Assembly: GCA_963817915.1 (NCBI GenBank)
Contig: CAWFQL010000009.1
Coordinates: 128,001-192,000, forward strand
Reading direction: 5' to 3'
From: an uncultured candidate division Zixibacteria bacterium
GTDB taxonomy: Bacteria > Zixibacteria > MSB-5A5 > UBA10806
Length of the DNA: 64,000 nt
Position numbers and translations under genes: made by a program. Positions 33,122 to 43,225 of the stretch are shown here, one piece after another (position 1 is the first letter of the stretch; the number at the start of each line of letters is the position of its first letter). The notes under the pieces are model-generated. The model saw only the letters and a list, made by a program, of their open reading frames with translations. It searched no databases and was not told the DNA's origin.

Positions 33122-34333
33122 ATGAATATTCGTTGGCTAAAAAGAACACGGATACTTATCAGGGCCGCCCTTAAGTATTTTATTCATATTGCCGGCTTAT
33201 TTTTTATAAAACCATTTATCAAATCAAAGACCGCGGAGTCTTTCAAGCCTGATGCTAAGTACAGAATTCTATATGTCAATCTCGCATATCGCGGAGATTT
33301 TATATTGAGCTTGCCTGCGATTAGAGCGATAAAGACACATTTCCCAAATTCACATCTAACGGTTTGGCTGCGAGAGTATAATTCACCACTGGCGAAGCTA
33401 GAGGCAACAATAGACGAATCCTTTTCATATGACAATTTTCATGGTCAACCTCTACATGAAATTATTGATCTTTTTTTCCGTAGTAAACATAATGCGTTAT
33501 TGGAAAGATTAAGTAATTTCGATATCTATATAGATGATTCAGGATATGCATTTACTTCAATCGCTGGATATTTGGCTCATATTAAATTCAGAGTAGGCAG
33601 AAATTTTCAGGGATTTGGTTTTTTAAATCATTTTGAACAACCATATGGCACAAATACTCAGTTGATCGAAAGAAGATTAACACTGCTTTCGCCCTTAAAT
33701 ATAAAATTGAAACTAAAAGATATTCAAAAGCCATTTTTTCTAATTGAAGATAAAGCGATATCCCAATGCCAAAGCAAGTATGGGCTTTTAGGGAGCAAAT
33801 ATTATACGGTACAAATGTTCGCTGGCTGGGCGGCCAAAAACTGGGGAATTGACAACTATTTGTATGTCGTGAACGAATTTTCAAAAACCAGCGGATTTAC
33901 ACCAGTTTTTATCGGATCAGAATCTGAACGTGAAATCATTGAAATAGCAATACGAAAAAATAATCTTAATGCCATTAATATTGCGGGCCGTGCCGCCCTT
34001 GATGAGGTCGCCGCGATAATTGCGGGTGCTGAAATTCATTTGGGCGCGGATTCTATTGGAGCTCAATTGGCGACAGCATTAAAGACAAGGAGTCTCGCAA
34101 TCTTCGGGCCCGTGAATCCAAGATTATGCATGTATTTGGGAGATCCGAATTACGGAATATTCAAAAAGACTTCATGTACGCCAAAACCGGATAAATTGTA
34201 TTGTTGTTTTGATGCGGGACGTAGCTGCAAACGGCTATATTGCATGAAAAACCTCAAAAATGAAGACGTATTAAAGGCACTTACCGATATCTGGTCGGGG
34301 GAAAAGCTGCCTTCAGTAATAGAGTTAGATTAA
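33122..34333 (+). CDS. GT9 (heptosyltransferase-like) glycosyltransferase
   Basis: GDFILSLPAIRAIKTHFP, AKNW, GADS..QLA.AL, IFGP. Confidence 0.88.
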   Translation: MNIRWLKRTRILIRAALKYFIHIAGLFFIKPFIKSKTAESFKPDAKYRILYVNLAYRGDFILSLPAIRAIKTHFPNSHLTVWLREYNSPLAKLEATIDESFSYDNFHGQPLHEIIDLFFRSKHNALLERLSNFDIYIDDSGYAFTSIAGYLAHIKFRVGRNFQGFGFLNHFEQPYGTNTQLIERRLTLLSPLNIKLKLKDIQKPFFLIEDKAISQCQSKYGLLGSKYYTVQMFAGWAAKNWGIDNYLYVVNEFSKTSGFTPVFIGSESEREIIEIAIRKNNLNAINIAGRAALDEVAAIIAGAEIHLGADSIGAQLATALKTRSLAIFGPVNPRLCMYLGDPNYGIFKKTSCTPKPDKLYCCFDAGRSCKRLYCMKNLKNEDVLKALTDIWSGEKLPSVIELD

Positions 34334-34370
34334 AATTGGCCTATTTATGCCAAATTAATCTAAATGCGAT

Positions 34371-34398
34371 TTGACAAACCCAAAAAGATTACTATATT
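34371..34398 (+). promoter_or_regulatory. sigma70 promoter for tRNA-Glu
   Basis: TTGACA-16nt-TATATT. Confidence 0.6.
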
Positions 34399-34411
34399 CC
34401 GCCTTGCAGAC

Positions 34412-34485
34412 GTCCCCATCGTCTAGCTGGTCCAGGACACCGCCCTTTCACGGCGATAACAGGGGTTCGAATCCCCTTGGGGACG
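34412..34485 (+). tRNA. tRNA-Glu(TTC), no encoded CCA
   Basis: GTCCCCA/TGGGGAC acceptor, anticodon loop CT-TTC-AC, GGTTCGAATCC. Confidence 0.96.
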
Positions 34486-34495
34486 CTTTGAATTT

Positions 34496-34528
34496 ATTCC
34501 CGCAAGTTTATAATGGCCTTGCGGGAAT
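34496..34528 (+). terminator. hairpin after tRNA-Glu
   Basis: ATTCCCGCAAG...CTTGCGGGAAT. Confidence 0.6.
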
Positions 34529-34778
34529 TATTGTTTTATAAACGCATCGCACATTATAAAATATTTCAATGGTAGATTAATTCATTTTAAATAGTTAGTT
34601 CTATTGTGATTCAACGTCTCCAAGAAGCGCTCAAATTGCGGTGCTATTGAGTGAGAAGATCGGTCGATAAACAATATCCAATTTGGGTGAAAGACTTGCC
34701 GATAGCACGATTTTCCGGGAAATAAGAGTCTTTTACCGACTCGTGACTCCAGTATCTACAATTATATAAAAAAATCTA

Positions 34779-34834
34779 TTGACAATAATTGCGATTTTAT
34801 TATTTTGATAGTGTCGTCACTGGCAGTGGTGACA
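34779..34834 (+). promoter_or_regulatory. sigma70 promoter plus palindromic operator candidate
   Basis: TTGACA-16-TATTTT; TGTCGTCAC-N5-GTGGTGACA begins 5 nt downstream. Confidence 0.55.
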
Positions 34835-34853
34835 AGAAGGAGAAAGGATTTTG

Positions 34854-35696
34854 ATGCATCAAGATGATTCCTTAAACCAGCTATTAACCCTTGGATTGAC
34901 TACATACGAGTCAAAAGGATATCTGGCTCTGCTCCAAAAGCAATCTTCAACCGCATCCGAACTCGCTCGACTTTCAGGAATACCTCGAACAAGAATATAT
35001 GATGTCCTGGAACGGTTGACGTTGAATGGAATGTGCGTGGAGTTATTGGGCAAGGAAAAAAAATACCAGGCGGTGGCGCCGGATATCGCGCTTCAAAGAT
35101 TGGTAGAGCATCAAAAAACGGATATTCTATCAAAGGAAACCTTAGCCAAAGCATTAGCCCAAACATTAACAGATCATTTCAAAAAAGGCTCTACCAATAA
35201 TGACCCTTTGGATTATATCGAACTTCTTAGGGATCCGCAGCAAGTGGCCAGGAAGGTCATGCAATTGGTAAGCGAGGCCCAATCGGAAATACTTGCTTTT
35301 GTAAAGCCGCCATTTTCCAATCCAAAGAGAGAATTGGAAAAACAGAACGAGAAATCCATTCAGGCTTCGGCAAGGCATATCGCTATCAGGGCAATCTATG
35401 AAATTCCCAAAGGCGATGAAGAAGCGATCTGGATGCTTGGTCAAATTGAACGATCCGTGGAGTCGGGCGAACAAGCGCGGGTCATCGATAATCTCCCATT
35501 GAAATTGGTAATTGTCGATGAACACAAGGTGGTATTCGCGATGGAGGATTATCTCAAAACCAAAAGCCAGCAAACATCGCTATTAATTGAGCATCACGCA
35601 TTGGCTCAAGGCCTCAAAATCTTGTTCGAAACTTTGTGGGAAAAAGCCTGGGACTATAAAAAAATGGCGGTATATGCCGAATCGAAGCGCTCTTGA
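34854..35696 (+). CDS. TrmB-family transcriptional regulator
   Basis: LGLTTYESKGYLALL..TASELARLSGIPRTRIYDVL wHTH; C-terminal LPLKLVIVD effector domain. Confidence 0.9.
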   Translation: MHQDDSLNQLLTLGLTTYESKGYLALLQKQSSTASELARLSGIPRTRIYDVLERLTLNGMCVELLGKEKKYQAVAPDIALQRLVEHQKTDILSKETLAKALAQTLTDHFKKGSTNNDPLDYIELLRDPQQVARKVMQLVSEAQSEILAFVKPPFSNPKRELEKQNEKSIQASARHIAIRAIYEIPKGDEEAIWMLGQIERSVESGEQARVIDNLPLKLVIVDEHKVVFAMEDYLKTKSQQTSLLIEHHALAQGLKILFETLWEKAWDYKKMAVYAESKRS

Positions 35697-35782
35697 AAAA
35701 ATTCTATTTAATATCGAGTGGTCAACGAGAAAAATGGCTCAGCTTTCTCATTGAAGTTATGTAGTAAAGAAAGGGTAGTATT

Positions 35783-37987
35783 ATGAATAAATATTTAAGG
35801 TTGATTCCAATTTTAATATTTGGCTTGAATCTGTCCGCCATCGCTCAGAATGACTATGGGTTCCAGCTGATAGGCAGGGCGCTGCCAGGTGAAGCGTCAG
35901 CCTCACAAGTGATCGACAATAACTGCTATCTTGGTGCCGGGAATTGCCTCCAGATTTATAATATTGCCAATCCTTCGCATCCGATACCATTAGGTCAAAT
36001 TCCGCTTCAAGGACTTGTGGAGGATGTTTCCGTAATAAATAATCTTGCTTATATAGCCAATGGCACAAACGGACTCGTTATCGCCGATATTTCGGTGCCA
36101 TCGGAAATTCAAATTCGGGGCCAGCTGCAATTGACCGATGAGGCCTTCGGTATTCAGATTCAGGGCGATTATGCATTTGTGGCGGGCCTGAGTGCCGGAT
36201 TTGTCGCAATCGATATCTCCGATCCGTCCGCGCCATCACAAGTGGGTTCATTCCCGGTGGATTGGGCCGCTCTGAATGTTGATGTGCTAAATAATATCGC
36301 ATGTGTCGCCAGTGGGTATGGTGGATTATATATTCTCGATATCTCTTCGCCTTCCAACCCCACTCAATTGGGTCTGGTGGATACCCAGGATACTTGGGCG
36401 TATGATGTTAAAATCAATGATAATTATGCTTATATGGCATACTCGCTTGCTTCCGGAGGGGGAGGCTTGAAGGTTATTGATATTTCGAATCCCGCGGTCC
36501 CGGTAGTCCGATCAAACTTGTATATTGAAACCTCGTTGAGACGGATGGATTACAGTTCGGGGTATGTAGTCGCCGCGGGGGAAGACGGCGGATTGTTCGT
36601 AATCGAGGTCGCCAATCCTTACGCCCCGAGAGTTGTCGGCGGTTGGCACTATGGCTATGGGAATAATATCGATTATGCGAATAATCGAATTTATCTATCG
36701 GGCGGTAAAGAAGGATTGTACATTTTCAACGCCGCCAATATGAATTTCCCAAGTCTGCTATCAGCCACTCCAACATACAGCTCCAGCCAGGATGTCACCG
36801 TATCGGGGCAATACGCATATATAGTTGAACAGCCATCGGGATTGAAGGCAATAAATATATCTAATATTAGAATGCCGCTCGTGACCTACAGCAGACAGTT
36901 TTGCTGGGAAAATAATGCATATCAGGGAGTATCGTCCGGCGTCTCGGTAGTGGATAATAAGCTTTATGTCTCGGATTTTGCTGACATGTTGGGCGGACGA
37001 CATGATTTTCGCGCATATGGGTTGGATAACCCCGAACAGCCCGAATCATTGAGCGTTTATGGCAATCTTAATATCGGGGTCAGGGGACATGCTGTTAGAA
37101 ATGACATCGCGTATCTTTCGAATAGCAGCGATCTCAAAATTCTCGATGTCAGGAATGGCAGCAATATGCAATTGCTAAATACATTCAACGGCGGCTGGGA
37201 TTTCGCCTACGGCATGGATCTGGTTGGTAATTACATCTATGTAGGAACAATGGATACCGGGCTCAAGATATTAGATATAACCAATGAAACGCGACCGGAG
37301 ATAGTGGGCTCATTCGATACCAATGGCCAGACATTCACCGCGAAATACCATGACGGATATATTTATTTACCCGATTACGAGCAGGGGCTCCGAATTGTCA
37401 ATGTCGCCAATCCTGCCGCGCCATTTGAGGTCGGTCATTTCTCTACCTACCAAAATTGTGTCGATGTCGCCTTTATTGATACCAGAACAGATTCATATGC
37501 CATCGCCGCCTTTGATGATCAAATAGTGGCGCTGAATATCGCAGACCCATCGAATCCGGTTGAGGTCGGCTATTTTGAGAGCGGCGATCCGCGCAGACTT
37601 TGTACGCGGGGAGATACGATTTTTGTGGCAGATAGAATAGCCGGTTTGTACATATTTCTTTTAGACGTTCAGGTTGGAGTGACGGATGATCAAACCTCAC
37701 CGAAACCGGAATATTTGAATTCATTACGAAATTATCCAAATCCATTTAATCCGCAGACCACAATTTCATTCGATATGCCTGTCGGAAATTATCTAACCGT
37801 AGATATATACGACATACTTGGCCGTCACACGATTCGCCTCCTGGATGGATATACCGAACCGGGCCAGCACAGGATTATATGGGATGGCAAGGATTCACAC
37901 GGGAATCAAGTATCTCAGGGAGTGTTTTTCTATAAACTCTATACCGGAGGTAAGAGCTATACCGGGAAAATGATACTGTTGAAATAG
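35783..37987 (+). CDS. secreted LVIVD-repeat beta-propeller protein with FlgD-Ig/T9SS type-A-like C-terminal domain
   Basis: Signal peptide; many 'AY.A.G..GL.I.DIS.P..P' repeats; NYPNPFNPQTTISF...IYDILGR...WDGKD..G..VSQGVFFYKL..KMILLK. Confidence 0.9.
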   Translation: MNKYLRLIPILIFGLNLSAIAQNDYGFQLIGRALPGEASASQVIDNNCYLGAGNCLQIYNIANPSHPIPLGQIPLQGLVEDVSVINNLAYIANGTNGLVIADISVPSEIQIRGQLQLTDEAFGIQIQGDYAFVAGLSAGFVAIDISDPSAPSQVGSFPVDWAALNVDVLNNIACVASGYGGLYILDISSPSNPTQLGLVDTQDTWAYDVKINDNYAYMAYSLASGGGGLKVIDISNPAVPVVRSNLYIETSLRRMDYSSGYVVAAGEDGGLFVIEVANPYAPRVVGGWHYGYGNNIDYANNRIYLSGGKEGLYIFNAANMNFPSLLSATPTYSSSQDVTVSGQYAYIVEQPSGLKAINISNIRMPLVTYSRQFCWENNAYQGVSSGVSVVDNKLYVSDFADMLGGRHDFRAYGLDNPEQPESLSVYGNLNIGVRGHAVRNDIAYLSNSSDLKILDVRNGSNMQLLNTFNGGWDFAYGMDLVGNYIYVGTMDTGLKILDITNETRPEIVGSFDTNGQTFTAKYHDGYIYLPDYEQGLRIVNVANPAAPFEVGHFSTYQNCVDVAFIDTRTDSYAIAAFDDQIVALNIADPSNPVEVGYFESGDPRRLCTRGDTIFVADRIAGLYIFLLDVQVGVTDDQTSPKPEYLNSLRNYPNPFNPQTTISFDMPVGNYLTVDIYDILGRHTIRLLDGYTEPGQHRIIWDGKDSHGNQVSQGVFFYKLYTGGKSYTGKMILLK

Positions 37988-38130
37988 AAGGAATGGTGTT
38001 TGCTCAGGCGAGTATTTAATTTCTGCGCATATCCCGAATAATCTTCTGTATTAACTTCTTAAAAGCAAAAAAGAGAATAATTCAGTCAAATGATTTCTCA
38101 AAATAAAATTCAGATTTCCGAAATACCGAC

Positions 38131-38259
38131 AAGGAGGTGCGACGCTATAGATAATCTTTATCCTCGCATATTAGCCAAGAAATGGAAAGTGGAAATCAGG
38201 AAGAGTTAATGAGCTTAGGGGAGCCGTCACAAAGACCGAAATTAAGGCTCCCCGTAAGC
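38131..38259 (+). promoter_or_regulatory. structured 5' leader candidate (orphan AAGGAGGTG plus strong hairpin)
   Basis: AAGGAGGTG at 38131; GCTTA-GGGGAGCC/GGCTCCCC-G-TAAGC stem 38213-38259. Confidence 0.4.
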
Positions 38260-38313
38260 CACCCTGACACAACAGGCTAACTTCACATTATATTGTATTG
38301 AAGGATTGATGCA

Positions 38314-41300
38314 ATGAAAAAGATTCTAATTTTTAGCAATATCTGCATAGCGTTGTTTTTGCTATCGGTAGTTTCTCAAGCAGATACGATTCTATCGACG
38401 GATTTTTCCGCGGGTCTGCCGTCAACCTGGACTCTGGTAGACAGCTCCGGTATGAATACCGCGCCTGCCGGACCAGATGGTTTTACCTGGTCAGATCAAA
38501 ACCCAGCCGGAAGGGCGCTCCCTTATACCAACGGGCTGTTTATGCTCTGCGATTCTGATTGGAATAGCAGTGCCACATATCGTGATATGATCATCACTCC
38601 CATCCTGGATTGCAGTAATTACACTGGAGTGACCCTTCAATTCGGAAACAATTTCCGTTCATACGGAGCGTCAAGAGCCGCGGTAGATATCCGAATTGCC
38701 GGCGGTGCCTGGCAAAATGTGGTGACATATTCGGTTACGACTAGTGAAAATACGACCATTAATATATCGTCGTATGCCGATGGTCAGAGCTCCGTTGAAA
38801 TTCGCTTCTTCTACTACGATGCTCTTTACGCGTACTGGTGGGGCGTAGATAACGTCTTAGTCACCGGTACTCCGCCACCGTCTGACGATGATATTTCCGC
38901 GGTTGCAATCGCAAATCCGGCCGGAACGATGTTTGTAAATTCCCAATATACGCCTCAGGTAACGGTCCTCAATGCCGGAACGGCTGCCCAGACATTTGAT
39001 GTAAATTTGGTAGTGACTAATTCCGTTCCAGAGCAGGTTTACAATCAGACTGTAACCGGAGTAACCTTGGATCCGGGTCTTTCGACAACTGTTAGCTTTA
39101 CTCCAAATTTCGCTCCCGCGACCGTAGACAATTATACTTTCACGGCTACTGTTCAAAATCCTGGGGATCAGAATCCGGGCAACGATGTCGTCTCGGCTGT
39201 CCGCAATGCGATCTTACATTATGGCGTTGGTGGCCCGGACGCGTTCGGCAATACCTGGAAAGATAATACTGTGGTTGGAGGACCCACCTTTAGCTACATC
39301 GATATTAGAAGCGGTGGTACTGTTATTGGCAATGGCGACGATACCGCATTTGGACCATTCCCTGTCGGTTTTGATTTCCCATTTTATGATGCGGCCTATA
39401 ACCAATTTTATGTTAATACGAATGGCTTAATTACCATGACCGCCTCTACCAACTCTCGAAATAATTATTGCCCAGTACCGGGTGCGGGAGAGGCCGCTTT
39501 TTGGATTACGCCATTCTGGGATGATTTGAATGTAAGATCGACCGATGGCGGAAATATGTATTATCAATTTTTCGATGCCGCGGTCGATTACGTCGTAATA
39601 CAATGGTATAATTTCAGTATCTATGGAGTTTATGGCGAACCAATGGACGCTGAAGCCATACTTTATGCCGACGGCAAAATTGTATTCCAATACAATCATG
39701 TCAATAATCTTGTCAGAGGACATGGACAATTGGCTACGGTTGGTATTCAGAAGGATGTTACTGACGGTTTGGCATATTTGTGCAATGACGTTCCAGTCGG
39801 TAATGAGTTGTTTTCGGGCCTCGCTATCGGTTGGTTCCCTCCGGTTATTAATCATGATATCGGAGTGACTACGATAGATTCGCCTGTTGCTCCTCTGGTT
39901 AAGACAAATGCTATCATGAATTTTGCCGCGACTTTCACGAATTATGGCATAAATCCGGAAACATTCGATGTCTATTTGGCGGTCAAAAATTCCGCGCTTG
40001 AGACTGTCTACGCAGATACGGTAGGGCTGACCATCGCAGTAGGCGGATCAGCTCAGGCCACTTTCACAGGCTGGGCAGCAACGATACCTGACAACTATTC
40101 ATTTACAGTCACAAACGGGCTTGTTGGAGATCAAAATGCCAACAACGATATGATCGCGCGTTCAATAAAGGCAGTGGATATGATTTCCATGCCTGTGAAT
40201 CAGGATTTTGAAGCAGAATTTCCGCCCGCGGGATGGACCATTCTCGACCGAAGCGGAACCAGCAGCTGGACCTGGACCAATAGCATGTATCGCAGTGCGA
40301 CTCACTCCGCCCAGGTATCATATGATTGGCTTCATAATACCGATGATTGGCTAGTACTGGCTCCGATTGACATGTCAGCGGGGACTAATATCAAATGGGC
40401 GTACTTTGAAGCTCAAGAACAATGGGCAACGCATGGCTTGAGACATTCGATGTACGTTTCAAATAGTATTTATTTTGATCCAGCTACCGCCACGCCGATT
40501 GCAATTCAAACTCCCGCGGATCACTCTATCGCCGGATTCGCTGGTGATCCGGTCGAATTCGATCTGAGCGGCTATGCAGGCAGCGCGAATGTCTGGTTGG
40601 CATTTCGTCAAGAGAACGCTCAAGGTCCCAATACCGAGTACTGGTGGATCGATGATGTGAGCGTTCTGAATGGTCTTAATGCCGATGCCGGACTTTATTC
40701 CATAGATTCACCGATTCGGGGAATTGTTCCTGGGTGCGATGCGCCTGTTAACGTGACAATCAAAAACTTTGGCCAGCAAATCCAGTCATTCGACGTGAGA
40801 GTCACTATCGATGGAGCAGCTTCAGGCAGAGTTTACGATAATGTGGTTCAGGCAGCCAACATCCCGCCCGTTACAGTACAAAGTATTCAATTCCCGAATT
40901 TTGTTAACCCAGCGGCAGATAGATATCTTTTAAGCGCAACCACAATGCTGACCGGAGATCAAAATACATCCAATGACGCGATGAGTGACAGCTTCTATGC
41001 GTCGACAGTCATATTGCATACCTGGGATGATAACTCCGCTGAAGGCTCATCCACTCCATATCCATTCAGCAATTCAATGATTGCGACCAGGTTTACTCCA
41101 TCAGATACCAATTTCACGATTTTGGGCGGCAATATTTATGTGAACCAATATTCTCCTGATGGCAATGATTACGCCGAATGGGAATGGGTAAAGATATGTC
41201 CCGAAGTCGCCGGCGCTCCCGATATCGATAACGCCTTTGGCACGATCAATAATCTCGGTACATACTTTGTCCCAGTCTTAATACCTGTGGATATACCTGA

Positions 41301-41820
41301 TACGGTGGTAAGTGATTACCACGGCCAAATTTGGATTGTCGCAAAATATTGGGATGGCGCGAACGATTTTCTATCGGTTGCTACCGATATCAACAAGCCA
41401 GATGGAAATTCATTTTTCAATCAAAATGATATTCCCGCGATATGGCGCCAGGTCACCGAAAGCGACTATATGATGCGAATCGAGCTAGAGTATCAAGCAT
41501 GCGGTTCGGTAGGAGCTTGCGACTATATTGACGGCGATGTCAATGGAAGCAATTCCTTCAATGGTCTCGATGTGACCTATAGTGTCAACTATTTCAAGGG
41601 TGGTGCGGCTCCGCTTTATTCTTGCGAATGCACACTGGGCAATACCTGGTTTGTATCCGGTGATGTCAACGGAAGCTGTTCCTTTAACGGCTTAGACGTA
41701 ACCTACATGGTTAATTATTTCAAGGGAGGAGCGGGTCCGATTGCATGTCCTGACTGCCCTCCAGCAAGATTGGGTCCGGCGGTTCAGCCGAAAATCGCGC
41801 CTGTCAACCAGTCCAACTAA
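38314..41820 (+). CDS. 1168-aa secreted multidomain protein (cleaved-adhesin-like, CARDB/Ig-like and 'GGPD' domains) with six-Cys dockerin-like C-terminus
   Basis: Sec signal; WWGVDNV / WWIDDV domain ends; GGPDAFGNTWKD; terminal duplicated GDVNGS.SFNGLDVTY.VNYFKGG. Confidence 0.85.
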   Translation: MKKILIFSNICIALFLLSVVSQADTILSTDFSAGLPSTWTLVDSSGMNTAPAGPDGFTWSDQNPAGRALPYTNGLFMLCDSDWNSSATYRDMIITPILDCSNYTGVTLQFGNNFRSYGASRAAVDIRIAGGAWQNVVTYSVTTSENTTINISSYADGQSSVEIRFFYYDALYAYWWGVDNVLVTGTPPPSDDDISAVAIANPAGTMFVNSQYTPQVTVLNAGTAAQTFDVNLVVTNSVPEQVYNQTVTGVTLDPGLSTTVSFTPNFAPATVDNYTFTATVQNPGDQNPGNDVVSAVRNAILHYGVGGPDAFGNTWKDNTVVGGPTFSYIDIRSGGTVIGNGDDTAFGPFPVGFDFPFYDAAYNQFYVNTNGLITMTASTNSRNNYCPVPGAGEAAFWITPFWDDLNVRSTDGGNMYYQFFDAAVDYVVIQWYNFSIYGVYGEPMDAEAILYADGKIVFQYNHVNNLVRGHGQLATVGIQKDVTDGLAYLCNDVPVGNELFSGLAIGWFPPVINHDIGVTTIDSPVAPLVKTNAIMNFAATFTNYGINPETFDVYLAVKNSALETVYADTVGLTIAVGGSAQATFTGWAATIPDNYSFTVTNGLVGDQNANNDMIARSIKAVDMISMPVNQDFEAEFPPAGWTILDRSGTSSWTWTNSMYRSATHSAQVSYDWLHNTDDWLVLAPIDMSAGTNIKWAYFEAQEQWATHGLRHSMYVSNSIYFDPATATPIAIQTPADHSIAGFAGDPVEFDLSGYAGSANVWLAFRQENAQGPNTEYWWIDDVSVLNGLNADAGLYSIDSPIRGIVPGCDAPVNVTIKNFGQQIQSFDVRVTIDGAASGRVYDNVVQAANIPPVTVQSIQFPNFVNPAADRYLLSATTMLTGDQNTSNDAMSDSFYASTVILHTWDDNSAEGSSTPYPFSNSMIATRFTPSDTNFTILGGNIYVNQYSPDGNDYAEWEWVKICPEVAGAPDIDNAFGTINNLGTYFVPVLIPVDIPDTVVSDYHGQIWIVAKYWDGANDFLSVATDINKPDGNSFFNQNDIPAIWRQVTESDYMMRIELEYQACGSVGACDYIDGDVNGSNSFNGLDVTYSVNYFKGGAAPLYSCECTLGNTWFVSGDVNGSCSFNGLDVTYMVNYFKGGAGPIACPDCPPARLGPAVQPKIAPVNQSN

Positions 41821-41845
41821 TGCCTAATATCAAATAGTATTCGCT

Positions 41846-41888
41846 ATGGGGAAGAGGGTCATCCGGAAACGGGTGGCCCTTTTTCTTT
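41846..41888 (+). terminator. intrinsic terminator (copy 1 of shared element)
   Basis: GGGTCATCCG-GAAA-CGGGTGGCCC followed by a T-run. Confidence 0.8.
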
Positions 41889-42057
41889 AAGGCTGGTCAA
41901 CTATTGAGATCAGTAGATCAGTCAGGACAGTATCATCTGATAATGCGGTGAGAAGGCAATTCCTTCCCTTTAAAACACTATTCTGCACTTTTAATTGATT
42001 TTTGTTCAAACTGCATGTATAATGTCGCCCTGAATTGGATTTAGGGAGGTAATACAG

Positions 42058-42894
42058 TTGCGCGAAATAAATGAACACAAATATCTGGATGCCCTGATAG
42101 AAATAGGTCTGAATTTGCGTGAAGCGAGGATATATTTAAGCTTGCTCACCCGCCATGATTTTTCGGTTACTGAGATAGCAAAATCAGCCAAGCTCTCAAG
42201 ACCGGCCGCATATGAGCTTTTGAATAAGATGGTAATGCTGGGGATATGCAAGGAAAAGCCTGGCAAGGTCAAACGATTCATGGCGATATCTCCTGGTGTA
42301 GCATTGCCTAATCTTATCGAGAACGAGGCAGAGGGGCTTAAAACATTATTGGCCAACAGGCAAAACAAAATTGGAGCCCTAATTCCAGTCCTTGAAGACC
42401 TCTTCAAACAAAGCAGGGGTCAGGAAGACCCCTTGGATTATTTCGAGGTGTTGCGTGATAGAAAGCAAATAGCGCAAGGATTCCTTGAATTAGAGAGACA
42501 GGTCACCGAAGAGATGCAGGCCTTTGTCAAACCGCCTTATTCTCTTTCCTTTGAAGATAACGTGGAGGAATCGAATCTCCTCAAAAGAGGCGTAAAAGTG
42601 CGGGGGTTATACGAGTACGACGGAACACATGAGGAAATGGTAAAACTGATTGAGCCAACATATAAGTTGGGGGAGGATGCCAGAGTCATAAGATCACTTC
42701 CGACAAAGCTCGCCATATTCGATTGTAAAATTACCCTTCTTGCTCTTAACGATCCTATCGCAGGAAAAGCATCAATCACGACATTGCGCATTTATCATAA
42801 AGATTTTTCGATATTATTGAAGGAGGCATTTGAGTCTTATTGGGCGAAAGCTATACCTTTCGCCAAGTTTAAAGATGACCCATCGATTCTATAA
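42058..42894 (+). CDS. TrmB-family transcriptional regulator (paralog of 34854)
   Basis: IGLNLREARIYLSLL..SVTEIAK..LSRPAAYELL; shares DPLDY.E.LRD, AFVKPP.S and LP.KL.I.D with the first copy; upstream TTGATT-17-TATAAT. Confidence 0.88.
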   Translation: MREINEHKYLDALIEIGLNLREARIYLSLLTRHDFSVTEIAKSAKLSRPAAYELLNKMVMLGICKEKPGKVKRFMAISPGVALPNLIENEAEGLKTLLANRQNKIGALIPVLEDLFKQSRGQEDPLDYFEVLRDRKQIAQGFLELERQVTEEMQAFVKPPYSLSFEDNVEESNLLKRGVKVRGLYEYDGTHEEMVKLIEPTYKLGEDARVIRSLPTKLAIFDCKITLLALNDPIAGKASITTLRIYHKDFSILLKEAFESYWAKAIPFAKFKDDPSIL

Positions 42895-43170
42895 TACTCC
42901 CCAAAATGCGCAACATATTGCCTCTAACATCTGGATGATATCATTATAAGTCACCCACTTATCGTCCTTCCAGAAAAGCTTCGAGCGAGTAAGTCAAACT
43001 TTAACTGTCCCATAGACTTTGTATTTTGTGCTTTAAAGCGTATGGCATAACTTATTACAATATTGCGCCTTAAAGAAATAAAGACTGATCTCTTAGTTCC
43101 GATAAAATAATATATATGATTGTTGCCTTCTACATGGTAATAAAAATATTTAGCCAATCACTTTTTTTGC

Positions 43171-43225
43171 TTGACAAGAAATGAATATTGTGTAAATTAT
43201 TGTTGTTATCGCTCTATTGACAACA
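43171..43225 (+). promoter_or_regulatory. sigma70 promoter plus palindromic operator candidate
   Basis: TTGACA-16-TAAATT; TGTTATCGC-N4-TTGACAACA begins 5 nt downstream. Confidence 0.5.

Noticed and set aside
38161..38290. Known riboswitch (c-di-GMP, TPP, SAM, cobalamin)
   Set aside because: Diagnostic conserved motifs were not seen. Kept only as an unknown structured leader.
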